NCBI RefSeq assembly: GCF_035594765.1
Contig: NW_026943825.1
Span: forward strand, 8,981,802-9,045,801
Direction of reading: 5' to 3'
DNA length: 64,000 nucleotides
Source: Anolis carolinensis
Lineage: Eukaryota
Shown: piece by piece, positions 14,065 to 26,792 of the stretch
How the letters are laid out: every line of letters begins with the position of its first letter
How positions within the stretch are numbered: the stretch's first letter is position 1
Notes under the pieces: generated by a model
What the model was told of the DNA's origin: nothing
What the model saw: only the letters and a program-made list of their open reading frames with translations
Database searches by the model: none
Program-made: the position numbers and the translations under genes

Positions 14065-14300
14065 GCCAGCCTGCGCCCACTCCTCTCGCTGGCTTCTGCT
14101 GCCTCTACGGCTGCTGGGATCCTCGCCTCTGATTGGCTGCCGGGGCCCTGCGCGTCATCAGAGGATGGGGTGGGGATTCCCAGGGGGCGGGGCTTTGCCT
14201 TCCCCGCGCTGGCCGACGGGAATTGGAGTCCCCAAGGCCATCGGAAAGGGGAGGGGATCTCTCTGTGCATGCTGGGAATTGTAGTCTCTTGTACTCCCTC
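14065..14300 (-). promoter_or_regulatory. SCAMP3 CpG-rich promoter/5'UTR with CCAAT, CRE-like half site, GC box and ZNF143-type motif
   Basis: ATTGG near 14132, CGTCA near 14154, GGGGCGGGGC near 14184, and GACTACAATTCCCAGCATGCAC on the minus strand at about 14265-14286. Confidence 0.7.
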
Positions 14301-14567
14301 CCTTTTTCCCCAGCTTGAGCTGGGCTGTGTTTACCTCTGTTTGAAGCCCAATAGCTCTCATGTCTTCTCTGGTTTCGGAGTGCAGGCGAGCTGCCAGTGT
14401 AGACTCATGGAGCACTTAACCTGCATTCTGAATCTGGATTGTGTGGCCTTTGTGAACTGGCACCCATGGGGATTGGTAACATATCTCTATCTCTATCTTT
14501 GCACATAATCTATAGACATATCTTCTATATCTATGCATATCGATATCTTCTATCTATACACATAATA

Positions 14568-14602
<35 letters not shown>

Positions 14603-15639
14603 CACATATGTATATGTGTGCATATACATGTGTATATACACACAATATAATTTACAATAATATATAATAACTAGCTGTGCCCGGCCACGCGTTGCTGTGG
14701 CGAAGTCTGGTGGTATGAGAAATAAAGTATTGAGGAATTGATGGTAGTTAAGGTCAAGGATAAACGTTTTCTCATGACATTAAGTCCAATTGTGTCCGAC
14801 AGCACACAGAAGTGGATTATTTGGTAGTGTGGAGTCAAGATAATCCAGTTCAAAGCAGATAATATAAGATTATAAATGGGTTATATAGCTGTGTGGAAGG
14901 GCCTTGAGTCTACACTGCCATATAATCCAGTTCAAATCTGATAATCTGTATTTTATAGGCAGTGGGGAAGAGGCCTAAGTGAGGCCTAACTCTGCCTGTC
15001 CCCTGGGCTGAGTGGGTTGCTAGGAGACCCAAGTGGGTGGAGCTTAGCCTTTTAACTGGCAGCGATTGGATAAAAACAATTATTCCTCTCCCTCTAATTA
15101 GGACTTTTTTCTTTTCTTTTTGTTGTATGAACGCAGAGGCATGGATGAGGGGTTGTGCTGCCAAGTTTAGTGTTTCTGGGGTGTGCAGTTTTGTTGTTTT
15201 GTCCTAGGCCAAAATTTCATTACCCTTTTATATACCCAATATAGATTATATTGTATATACATATAATATTCATAATAATACTAATAACACAATGTAATAA
15301 TATTACTTATATACAGTAGAGTCTCACTTATCCAAGCCTCGCTTATCCAACATTCTGGATTATCCAACACATTTTTGTAGTCAATGTATTCAATATATCA
15401 TGATATTTTGGTGCTAAATTCATAAATACAGTAATTGCTACATAGCATTACTGCGTATTGAACTACTTTTTCTACCAAATTTGTTGTCTAACATAATGTT
15501 TTGGTGCTTAATTTGTAAAAATCATAACCTAATTTGATGTTTAATAGGCTTTTCCTTAATGCCTCCTTATTATCCAACATATTCGCTTATCCAATGTTCT
15601 GCCGGCCCATTTATGTTGGATAAGTGAGACTCTACTGTA

Positions 15640-16530
15640 TATCTTTATTAAGGATTTTACATTATAAAAAATAAAATAAAAATAAAAAAGAAATGCAAAT
15701 CACCATATTTCGCAGCGAAAGTGGGGGAACACTTCTTTATAGGTAGAAAGTAGGAAGCAAGAAGAAAGAGAAAAGAAATATATATGTATACACGTACATA
15801 CCCATACCCATCTAAACCTATATGTAAATCCAAAAAAGAAAAGGATTAAAAAAATTAAAAACAAAAGAGGAAAAATACTACTACTAATAATAATAATAAA
15901 ATTAATGGGGAAAAAAGGAAAAAATAGATTGTAGACTTCCATCTGTCTTTTACTGGTTCTTCATAATCTTTTCCAAGAAAAATCATACTTATTGGTAAAA
16001 CGCCATGTCCCTTCGTCCTCCTTAATCTCCAAGGTTGTGTCGGTTCAGCAGATAAGATCAAACTTCTGTTTTAAATATTCCTTTACCCGGTCCCAGTTCA
16101 TTTCTTTCTTTGGTAAACCTTGATTCGGGGATAACCAATAAGTAAGGCTATCCATATTCATTATCTCTATGACTCTGTTTAGCCAATCCTCCTTTTTTGG
16201 AATCTCCTTTTGTCTCCAAATCCTAGCATATGTTATCCTTGCGGCTGTAATCAAAGAATTGAACAGAATCTCTTTATTCTTGTCGTCATCAATAAAAAGT
16301 ATTCAGGTTCCCTGTGAATCTTTATCTTAAGAATTGAGTGTATAGCTTCATTTTTGTTGTTCCAGAATGACTGGGCGTTTGAGCAAGTCCACCACATATG
16401 GCAGAAATTCCCCGTCTGGTATTCGCACTTCCAACATTTATTAGAAGAATTTTTGTAACATTGAGAAATTTTATAGGGGGTAATATACCACCTGTATTGC
16501 ATTTTTAGCCAGTTCTCTCGCAAATTGTAT
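15640..16530 (-). mobile_element. Degenerate L1-like 3' fragment
   Basis: CWKC...FCHMWWTC cysteine motif, TAARITYARIW, frameshifted; T-rich 3'UTR. Confidence 0.65.
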
Positions 16531-17375
16531 AAATATTATTGCGCCAAATTGCTATATGTGTGTGTGTAAAGAAATCCTTGCAAAGATGTTTGCAGGAGAT
16601 CTCTGCAAAAGAGCTCAGCTTTGCAGAGAGATAAGCCACGCCTAAAACAACAATGTATCTGTTTGCTGGCAGATGGCTGGTTTTGTCAGTTGGAATTTGA
16701 GCTTGGAGGGAGAGCACAGAAAAGACAGGCTCTCTAATAGTTACGGTCAAGTAGCAGTTTAAATATGCTATGCTGGATATATTTTGAATGCTGATTGATT
16801 AGTTATTGATCCTATGCAACTACAAGGACATTGTATGATTGCTGAACTGTTTATTTAACTTCAACTCAACAAGTAAAGTTTCCTTTTGTTCTTTCAATTC
16901 CTCTGCCTGGTCTGAGTCTTTTGCACATGGTGTTAACTGGACGCTGCTGATTCCGCTGTACACTCGGAGGTAATATACCACGTGTATTGCATTTTTAGCC
17001 AGTTCTCTCGCAAATCGTATGAATATGTGTATCTGAGGCCCTGGGCTGTGTTTACCTCTGTTTGAAGCCCAATAGCTCTCATGTCTTCTCTGGTTTCGGA
17101 GTGCAGGCGAGCTGCCAGTGTAGACTCATGGAATCAAAGCATTTAACCTGCATTCTGAATCTGGATTGTGTGGCCTTTGTGAACTGGCACCCATGGGGAT
17201 TGGTACCATATCTCTATCTCTATCTTTGCACATAATCTATAGACATATCTTCTATATCTATGCATATTGATATCTTCTATCTATATACATAATAATAATA
17301 ATAATAATAATAATGATAATAATAATAATAAATACACATATGTATATGTGTGTATATACATGTGTATATATTATA

Positions 17376-17925
17376 TCTATATATATAAATGAGTGATGGC
17401 ATCACGGCGACCAACAAAACAACAAAACTACAGGCCCCCCAACCTCGAAATTTGACAACACAACCCATCATCCACACCTCTAGGTTGATACAACAAAAAG
17501 AAAAGAAAATAAAGTTCTAATTAGAGGGAGATGAATAATTGTTTTTATCCAATTGCTGCCACTTACAAGGCTAAGTTCCGCCCACTTGGTCTCCTAGCAA
17601 CCCACTCAGCCCAGGGGACAGGCAGAGTTAGGCCTCACTTAGGCCTCTTCCACAATCTAATTTGCACTGGATTATATGGCAGTCTAGACTCAAGGCCCTT
17701 CCACACAGCTATATAACCCATTTATAATTTTATATTATCTGCTTTGAACTGGATTATCTTGACTCCACACTGCCAGATAATCCACTTCAGTGTGCAGTCA
17801 GACACAACTGGACTTAATGTCAGGAGAAAACCTTTACCCTTTACCTTATCTACCACAATTCCTCAATACTTTATTTCCCATCCCACCATAGTTCGCCACA
17901 GCAATGCGTGGTCGGGCACAGCTAG
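17376..17925 (+). mobile_element. Non-autonomous Helitron (representative; other copies at about 1745-2365, 7069-7807, 14671-15235, 25211-25690, 25722-26167, 27806-29449, 29454-30014, 3' piece ending about 62860)
   Basis: 5' TC, 3' CTAG, subterminal GCCAC...GTGG hairpin, inserted between A and T with no TSD. Confidence 0.75.
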
Positions 17926-17934
17926 TGTGTGTGT

Positions 17935-17987
<53 letters not shown>

Positions 17988-18289
17988 CATACACACAATA
18001 TAATTTACAATAATATATAATAATTATAACATATTGTATATACTTATAATATTCATAATATTGTATTGTAAAACAATATAATACTAATAATGCAATGTAA
18101 TAATATTAATTATATATTATATTTTACATGTAATATTACTAATAATATTACGATATATTGATACAGTACAGTACAAGTATTATTACCAGTATTGTACTAT
18201 GCTAATAATATAATATTGTATGTAAATTTAATTTGTAGCAAATGAATAAATAAATAATATAAAATATAATATAAAAATACAATAATATT

Positions 18290-18768
18290 TATTTATTTAT
18301 TTATTTACAGTATTTATATTCCGCCCTTCTCACCCCGAAGGGGACTCAGGGCGGATTACAATGAACACATATATGGCAAAGATTCAATGCCAATAGACAA
18401 ACAACATTCAGTTTTAGACAGACACAGAGGCATTTTTTTTAACATCTTCCAGCTTCATGATTTCTGGCCACAGGGGGAGCTGTTGCTTCACCGTCCATTG
18501 GTGGCTGTTCTTCCTCTTCTTTTCCTCGTGAGCAGTTTTATGGTGTTGTAGATTAGTTAAATTAGCCTCCCGCATAAAGCGTCCCTAAATTTCCCTAATT
18601 GACAGATTCAACTGTCTTTCAGGGCTGCTAGGTCAACAGCAAGCCGGGGCTATTTTTTTTTTTTTTATGGTCGGAGGCTTAGCCCGACCCGGGCTTCGAA
18701 CTCATGACCTCTTGGTCAGTAGTGATTTATAGCAGCTGGTTACTAGCTAGCTGCGCCACAGCCCGGCC
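18290..18768 (-). mobile_element. tRNA-derived SINE with L2-like tail (related copies at about 8645-8975, 9625-9845, 57990-58445)
   Basis: Head GGCCGGGCTGTGGCGCAGC...GAGTTCGAAGCC and tail CCGCCCTGAGTCCCCTTCGGGGTGAGAAGGGCGG plus (TAAA)n. Confidence 0.7.
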
Positions 18769-18910
18769 CACAGCGAGAGAACTGGCTAAAAATGCAATAC
18801 AGGTGGTATATTACCCCCTATAAATAGTAATACATATTTACTACATTTATATCCCGCTCTTCTCACCCCAAAAGGGAATCAGAGCAGCTTACAAATCAAA
18901 TGTGCATACA

Positions 18911-21400
18911 ATTTGACTCTAGGACTCTTGCTCTGCAGTACTGGGCCCACGCATCAGGCAGGACACACGTTAGATTTGATCTTCAGCGTAGGAATTCAAG
19001 TGACCCAAGCCTCTATTATAGAGGTTCCATGGTCGGATCACTGTGCCCTGAGGGTCAGGCTGGAGCATGCCTACCCACCTGACAAGGGCACCAAGCCAAT
19101 TTGGGCTCGCCCAAGAAGACTTATGAAACCTAGTAGGTTCCAGAATGCTCTGAAGGATCTGGAGCCTGTCAGCGACTCGATCGATGTGCAGGTGGACACA
19201 TGGAACATCAGGCTATCCAATGCACTCGACGAGATCGCCCCTAGACGCCCTCTCCAACCCCGCCGAAATCGGTCTCCTTGGTTCACCGAGGAACTTCGAT
19301 CGATGAAGCGGGAAAAGAGACGGCTAGAGAGCGTGTGGCGAGAACTTCATGACAGAGCTTTGAGATCAGCTTATAGGGCATTTATGGAGTCCTATGAGCA
19401 TGCTATCATCGAAGCAAAGCGAGTATATTATGCCTCTTTGATAGCATCCGCCAGCTCACGACCGGCAAAATTGTTCAAAATAATTAGATCTCTAACGACG
19501 GTTCCTACCAACCCAAAAAGTGATGATCAGACCCCTTCAGCCGAGGCTTTTCAGAGCTATTTTGTTGACAAGATCTCACTACTACGCCGGGACCTCCCTG
19601 CCACAATTGATACAAGGAGAGAACTTGAGACTCCATGGCCACTTGCTGGGCCTACCCTCGACCAGTTCATCCCACTGGACGCAGAGGCTCTCGATAGGCT
19701 CATAGCTGCAGCTAGACCGACCACTTGCTCCCTCGACCCGTGTCCCTCTTGGTTGGTTAAATCCTGCTTGGAGGGATTACGTGACCCACTGCTGAAGATA
19801 ATAAACAGCTCCCTGGAGCAAGGAGTCTTTCCAGAGGGATTAAAAGAGGCAGTGGTCTCTCCTCTGCTGAAAAAACCAGATTTAGATTGTTCGGTTCCCT
19901 CCAGTTATTGCCCAGTTTCAAATCTTTCATTTCTGGGCAAGGTGATTGAGAGGGCAGTAGCGGTGCAGCTGCAGCAGTTCCTAGACGATACAGCCGGACT
20001 GGATCCTTTCCAGTCCGGCTTCCGTGCGGGGCATGGGACAGAGACTGTATTGGTTTCCATCACGGATCATCTCCGATGCCAGCTTGACCAGGGCGGGTCG
20101 GTGCTGCTTGTGTTATTGGATCTCACAGCAGCATTTGACACAGTCGATCACAATCTTCTGACCCATCACCTTGCCATTACTGGAGTTAGGGGGACAGCTT
20201 TAAATTGGCTGGCCTCCTTTCTTCACAACCGTGGACAGCGAGTGGAGAGGGGAGGCCTGGTCTCTGAAAGGTCCCCTCTTCTTTATGGGGTGCCTCAGGG
20301 GGCCATTCTCTCCCCTCTGTTGTTTAACATCTATATGCGACCACTTGCTCAGCTGGTCCGAGATTTCGGGCTCGAGTGTTATCAATATGCTGACGACACT
20401 CAGCTTGTGTTAAAGATGGAAGGCCGACCGGATTCTGTACCCGACAATTTTCATCAGTGCCTCAAGGCCATTATTGGATGGTTACGTTCCAGTAGTTTGA
20501 GGGTGAATCCAGCAAAGACGGAGATCCTATGGCTGGGCCGACCGGGCAGTGGGGATATCCAGTTGCCAATCCTGGATGGTGAAGCGCTATGCCCGTCTTC
20601 ACTAGTAAAGAGTCTGGGAGTCCTCTTGGACCCTTCACTGATGATGGAGGCCCAGGTCTCCGCCGTTACCAAAACTGCCTTTTTTCATCTTCGGCAGGCT
20701 AGACGGCTAGCCCCCTATCTGTCTAGGGACAACCTGGCTACGGTGATCCAGGCTACGGTCATCTCGAGACTGGACTACTGTAACGCCCTTTACATTGGCC
20801 TTCCTGTGTCGGTGATCCGGAAGCTCAAATTGGTGCAAAATGCAGCTGTCCGGCTCCTTGCGGGAGTCCCGATGAGATGCCACATAACACCAATCTTACA
20901 GCAGCTGCACTGGTTACCAATTGAGCACCGGATCACTTTCAAAGTGATGGTACTTACCTTTAAGGCCTTACATGGTCTAGGGCCGATGTACCTGAGGGAC
21001 CGCCTCACTCCCTACAAACCCCAGAGATCCCTCCGTTCTGAGGACCAAGACCTGTTGGAAGTCCCCAGTTTTAAGACCTTGCATCTAACTGCAACCAGAC
21101 GCAGAGCCTTTTCAGTAGTGGCACCATCGCTCTGGAACACCTTGCCACCTGAAGTCCGTGCCTTGCGGGACTTGTTGGCCTTCCGCAGGGCATGTAAGAC
21201 ACATCTGTTTCAACAGGCTTTTGAGTTCTGTTGTTGATGTTTTAAAAGGTGCTTTTAGGATGTTTTTAAAGATGTTTTTAAAGATGTTTTTAAGATGTTC
21301 TTTAAATTGTTGATTTTAGCCGGTTCTTGTAAACCGCTCCGAGCCCTAGGGGAGTGGCGGCATATAAGTTTGAAAAATAAATAAATAAATAAATAAATAA
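18911..21400 (+). mobile_element. 5'-truncated L2-clade LINE (774-aa open ORF2 remnant) with (TAAA)n tail
   Basis: End of APE domain (GHTLDL...SDH), RT PQGAILSP and YADD, LHWLP C-terminus; uninterrupted frame suggests a young copy. Confidence 0.9.
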
Positions 21401-21830
21401 ATATGTTATTAGCATAGCACAATATAAGCATTAAATTACTATATTGTACTATATCATTATATAGTAATATTATTAGTAATATTACATTTAATATATAATA
21501 TATAATTAATATTAATATATTGTATTATTATTAGTAGTATAATATTGCATTACATTATAATATTATTATCAATATTATAAGTATATGCAATATATTATAT
21601 ATTTATAAATTATTGTGTATATATTATATATATGTATATAAAATTAGCATAGCATGTTGCTATATTATAATACAATAATACAGAATAATAGTAATATAAA
21701 ATAATAAACATGATATAATAATATAATACACATAATATCATATATAATAATGTAATAAAAATAATAATATTAATTAATAACAATAATAATTATAATGATA
21801 ATATAATATTCATAATATATAATAATAATA

Positions 21831-21889
<59 letters not shown>

Positions 21890-21990
21890 AAAATTTGTAT
21901 GTGTGTATGTGGCACATGGTTTTTGGAGCTATGAGTTGCCAAGTCCTTTCAAAATTAGGGAGGTGTCCCAAGCGAATTAAAAGAGAAGCC

Positions 21991-21996
21991 TTTAAT
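21991..21996 (-). terminator. Candidate polyA signal (ATTAAA) of the complexin-like gene
   Basis: ATTAAA about 590 nt past the stop codon; an alternative CATAAA near 22100 is followed by a GU-rich tract. Confidence 0.35.
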
Positions 21997-22583
21997 AATT
22001 TATCTATACACATCTAAAGCCATCTGTGTGTACGTGTCATGGGTGTCCGTAATGATTCATAATGAAGTGCAGTCATTAAAGACAAAAGAAACACAAACTT
22101 TATGTAGCACGCCTTTAGTATGTATTATAAAACCAGCTTTGCGGATGCAGGATTAGTTCTGGGATTTTCTACCCCATCCCCAGCTCCTTGTCTAGGTCTT
22201 TGGCTTCCAGACTTTTGGCCGTTTTGCCGGACACTTTCCATCTTGTCCATCTCTTGTGTTGTATTTTGCTGCCCAGAAGTGGACACAAGGTTATTATTCC
22301 AGGTGAGGTCTCTCCAAAGAGTGGGACTGCAATTCCCTTCCGTCTCTAGATACTATATTCCTATTGATGCAGCCTAGAATCGCATTGGCCTTTTGAGCTG
22401 CAGCATCACAGTGTTAGCTCACGTTTGGTTTGTGGTCCACTAAGACTTCTAAATCCCTTTCACAACCAAGGCCGGCTGAAGGTCATCGGTGACCGCTTGG
22501 CCAGTTGAACTTGACCATCACTACACCGGAAAATTGTTGTTTTGTTCCGCGATTAGAGACGTTTGTATCTGATGGTGGATCTT

Positions 22584-22790
22584 TCACATGACGGGGCATT
22601 GCACCGGCCGCTTGAGGGACTCCACCGCGCTCTCGGCCGTGACCCTCAAGGAACTGAAATCTAGGCCGGACCAGGCGGAGAAGATGGAGCCGCCCTCCGA
22701 GGGGTCCTTCGGCTTCACGATTGCCAGGAGGTCCCGGGGGAGTTTGGCCTTTCCTCCGGCCGCTTCCAGTTGCTTCCTGTCCGTCCGGTT
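22584..22790 (-). CDS. Complexin-3/4-like gene, last coding exon (CAAX C-terminus)
   Basis: ctcttgctttccctgcacag acceptor; NRTDRKQLEAAGGKAKLPRDLLAIVKPKDPSEGGSIFSAWSGLDFSSLRVTAESAVESLKRPVQCPVM*; aligns by eye to CPLX3 [25 protein letters not shown]...KCHVM; 207 bp, phase 0. Confidence 0.9.
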   Translation of the reverse strand, partial: NRTDRKQLEAAGGKAKLPRDLLAIVKPKDPSEGGSIFSAWSGLDFSSLRVTAESAVESLKRPVQCPVM

Positions 22791-23510
22791 CTGTGCAGGG
22801 AAAGCAAGAGGAAGCAGGACGGAATTAACGTTGTGTCATTTGGTCTCACAATACATCCCTATAAGTCAGCAGCTAATCCTTTCTATCTATATACATCAGT
22901 CTTGTGGTTGTGTTTGAGCATTGCATATATACATCCCTAAAGACCAGTAGCTAATCCTTTCTATTTATATACTGCCCTCTTGTGGTCACATCTGGGCACT
23001 GCATACATACATCCCTATAGGTCAGTAGCTATAGGTCCATTCAACTTGAGATTTCCTTTTCCCATTTCGTAACACTCTGCATTTCGCCTGGGATCTACGA
23101 ATTAGTCTCCTGTTTTTAACACTGTATCCTGCTTGTTGATTTTAATGATTGTTTTTATTGATGTTGATTTTTTTTACTGGGATAATTGTTTTATTGCTTT
23201 GTTACTGTTATTTGTTTGTTTTATCGGGCCTGGCCCCATGTAAGCCGCCCCAAGTCCCTTCGGGGAGATGGGGCGGGGTATAAAAATAAAGTTATTATTA
23301 TTATTATTATAGGCCAGCAACTAAACCTATCTATGTATATAATGCCCTCTTGTGGCTGTATTGCAGTGCTGCATACTTAAATACCGACAGGCCAGTAGCT
23401 AATCCTTTCTATCAATACACTGCCCTCCTGAGTTTGCATCTGAGCACTGCATACATACATGCCTATACCAATATAAAGCAGTAGCGAATTCTTTCTGTCT
23501 ACATACTCCC

Positions 23511-24310
23511 CTCTTGTGGTTGCATCTGTACACTGCGTACATACATCCCTATAGGTCAGTAGCTAATCCTTTCTATCTTCTTGCTGCCCTCTTGTGGTTG
23601 CATCTGTACACTGCGTACATACATCCATATAGGTCAGTAGCTAATCCTTTCTATCTACATGCTGCCCTCTTGTGGTTGCATCTGTACACTGCGTACATAC
23701 ATCCCTATAGGTCAGTAGCTAATCCTTTCTATCTACATGCTGCCCTCTTGTGGTTGCATCTGTACACTGCGTACATACATCCCTATAGGTCAGTACCTAA
23801 TCCTTTCTATCTCCATGTTGCCTTCTTGTGGTTGCATCTGTACACTGCGTACATACATCCCTATAGGTCAGTGTCTAATCCTTTCTATCTCCATGCTGCC
23901 TTCTTGTGGTTGCATCTGTACACTGCATACATACATCCCTATAGGTCAGTAGCTAATCCTTTCTATCTTCATGCTGCCCTCTTGTGGTTGCATCTGTACA
24001 CTGCGTACATACATCCCTATAGGTCAGTAGCTAATCCTTTCTATCTGCATACTCCCGTCTTGTGGTTGCATCTATACACTGCATACATACATCCCTATAG
24101 GTCAGTAGCTAATCCTTTCTATCTCCATGCTGCCTTCTTGTGGTTGCATCTGTACACTGCGTACATACATCTCTATAGGTCAGTAGCTAATCCTTTCTAT
24201 CTGCATACTCACCTCTTGTGGTTGCATCTGTACACTGCGTACATACATCCCTATAGCTAAGTAGCTAATCCTTTCTATCTCCATGCTGCCCTCTTGTGGT
24301 TGCATCTGAA
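23511..24310. repeat. 78-bp minisatellite, about 10 near-identical units with degenerate flanking units (22850-24560)
   Basis: Unit CTCTTGTGGTTGCATCTGTACACTGCGTACATACATCCCTATAGGTCAGTAGCTAATCCTTTCTATCTCCATGCTGCC; seen as a 26-aa periodicity in the ORF track. Confidence 0.95.
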
Positions 24311-24661
24311 CAATGCATACATAACTAGAGACCAGCAGCTAAACCTATATATGTATATAATGCCCTCTTGTGGCTGTTTATGAGCGCTGCATGCATACAT
24401 ACTAATAGGCCCGTAACTAATCCTTTCTAGCCATGCACTGCCCTCTTGTGTTTATATCTGAGCACTGCATACAGACATACCTATATAGACCAATATCTTT
24501 ATGCTGCCCTCTTGTGGTGGCTTCTGAGTACTGCATACCTATACACCAATCGCTAACCCTACTTATATATTGTCGTTTTACAAACCAAACAAACCAACCA
24601 ACCAACAAACAATTATCTTTTGATTTTATATCTATCGTCCATGGGGAGAAGGGAGTCCCAC

Positions 24662-24749
24662 CTTGGGCAGCTGATATTTCTCCCGGAGGTGAGCCCTCAT
24701 GGAGGCACGCTCCGCTTTCCGTTGCGCAAAGGCCGACTCCCGTTTGGTC
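24662..24749 (-). CDS. Complexin-3/4-like gene, central-helix exon
   Basis: ttgcag acceptor, AAG|GTGGGA donor; 88 bp; TKRESAFAQRKAERASMRAHLREKYQLPK versus CPLX3 [29 protein letters not shown]. Confidence 0.93.
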
Positions 24750-25156
24750 CTGCAATCCGGAGGTAAGAACCGTGTGTTGGACATGAGACACGTCTGGGAT
24801 ATACATGTTCCAACCCATCAAGCCATGATGGGGCCAGGATGTAATCATCGTACGATGAGATATTCATTGAAAAGCTATAGCCAAATGTTTCCAGGCAGGA
24901 AACAATCAGGGCCAGCTAACTCCTCCCAACAAAGGATTCCCCCAGGCAGGAAGCAGCCAGGCTTTGCAGCTGCAAGGCTATTCCATGCTAATCAAGGTGG
25001 CCAATGGCAATGTATTTATGAATTTAGCATGAAAACATTGCAACATTTACTACAAAAACAATGATTACTAAAAGGCAGACTGCCTTGGATAATACAAAAC
25101 CTTGGATAAGTGAAGCTGGGATAAGTGAGACTCTACTGTGTGTATGTGTGTGTGTG

Positions 25157-25211
<55 letters not shown>

Positions 25212-25670
25212 TAGCTGTGCCCGGCCATGCGTTGCTGTGGCGAAGTCTGGTGGTATGGGAAATAAAAGTATTGAGGAATTGGTGGTAATTAAGGTCAAGG
25301 GTAAAGGTTTTCCCCTGACATTAAGTCCATTATAAATGGGTTACATAGCTGTGTGGAAGGGCCTTGAGTCTATACTGCCATATAATCCAGTGCAAATTAG
25401 ATAATCTGTGGAAGAGGCCTAAGTGAGGCCTAACTCTGTCTGTCCCCTGGGCTGAGTGGGTTGCTAGGAGACCAAGTGGGCGGAGCTTAGCCTTCTAACT
25501 GGCAGCAATTGGATAAAAACAATTATTCCTCTCCCTGTAATTAGGACTTGATTTTTCTTTTCCTTTTTGTTGTATCAACCTAGAGGTGTGGATGATGGGT
25601 TGTGTTGTCAAATTTTGAGGTTGGAGGGCCTGTAGTTTTGTTGTTTTGTCTGCTGCCCTGATGCCATCAC

Positions 25671-25722
<52 letters not shown>

Positions 25723-26470
25723 TAGCTGTGCCCGGCCACGCGTTGCTGTGGCAAAGTGGTGGTGGTATTGGTTAAAAATTGTTGTATATTTTTTATTTGA
25801 CGTTATTTGCATTTTTAAATTAATTTTATTGTAAGTTATATTTTTATTTATTATATTTTATTATTTTCTTTTAGTTATTTTCTGTTATTATAGCATTTTA
25901 TTGTATTAATTTTTTAGAGTTTTTTATTATTTTTTATTGGGTTGCTAGGAGACCAAGTTGGAGGAGCTTAGCCTTCTATCTGGCAGCAATTGGATAAAAG
26001 CAATTATTCCTCTCTCTCTAATTAGGACTTTATTTTTGTTTTCTTTTTGTTGTATCAACCTAGAGGCATGGATGATGGGTTGTGTTGTCAAATTTCGAGG
26101 TTGGGGGGCCTGTAGTTTTGTTGTTTTGTGGGTTGCCGTGATGCCATCACTCTTTTATATATATAGATATACACACACACACACACTCCTTGCCCAGTTT
26201 TCAACAGACCTCACAACCTCTGAGGATGCCTGCCATAGATGTGGGCAAAACATCAGGAGAGAATGCTTCTGGAACATGGCCAGACAGCCCGGAAAACTCA
26301 CAGCAACCCTGTAAAGAAGTGTTTTGCTCACCCTCATCTTAATAGCCTCTGACCCACATTTTCAAAACCAAAATCAAGGGTCTCATACGACTGCTTCTGG
26401 GACCCCTCATCTTAGTATGTTGTGATCCTCTGATCGGCATGTTCAAAACCAAAAACCGACACTTTCTTAC

Positions 26471-26610
26471 TGTTGCTTCTGGGATCCCTGGGACGTTCGG
26501 TTGCGGCTCAAGAATCCCGGAGCGTCGGTCTCCCTCTCCTTGGGGACGTCCTTTGAGATGCAGCACATCAGTTGCCTGGCAGGAGCGCCCAGTTTAACTG
26601 CAGATCCCAT
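26471..26610 (-). CDS. Complexin-3/4-like gene, first coding exon
   Basis: ATG at 26610, 2 nt after a cttcttccag acceptor; MGSAVKLGAPARQLMCCISKDVPKERETDAPGFLSRNRTSQGSQKQ plus CA|GTAAGA donor; the phase-2 end joins the next exon in frame. Confidence 0.8.
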
Positions 26611-26792
26611 GACTGGAAGAAGGCTGGAACACACAACGTGCAAGGATACGAAAGGCAACAGAACAAAAATATAATAGCATCCCTCCAAAATGATTTGAAA
26701 TACTTGACTTGTCAGGCTTTTCCCCCGAGGAATCAGCCACAACCGGAGCCCGTGGCACAAGACTGGGACTGTTTTCCTTCCCGCGAACTCAC

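Noticed and set aside
16565-16962. Possible solo LTR (TG...CA)
   Set aside because: No clean TSD identifiable and flanks are rearranged, so it was not listed as a feature
22588-22917. 109-aa plus-strand ORF
   Set aside because: Antisense shadow of the GC-rich complexin-like last exon
23514-24260. 248-aa ORF of 26-aa repeats
   Set aside because: By-product of a 78-bp (multiple of 3) minisatellite with no stop in one frame; no true ATG start; antisense within an intron
23511-24310. CRISPR-like appearance of regular repeats
   Set aside because: Units are contiguous with no unique spacers; eukaryotic context; no cas genes
24417-24848. 143-aa minus-strand ORF over the complexin middle exon
   Set aside because: Different frame from the complexin-like reading; runs into minisatellite; no recognisable homology
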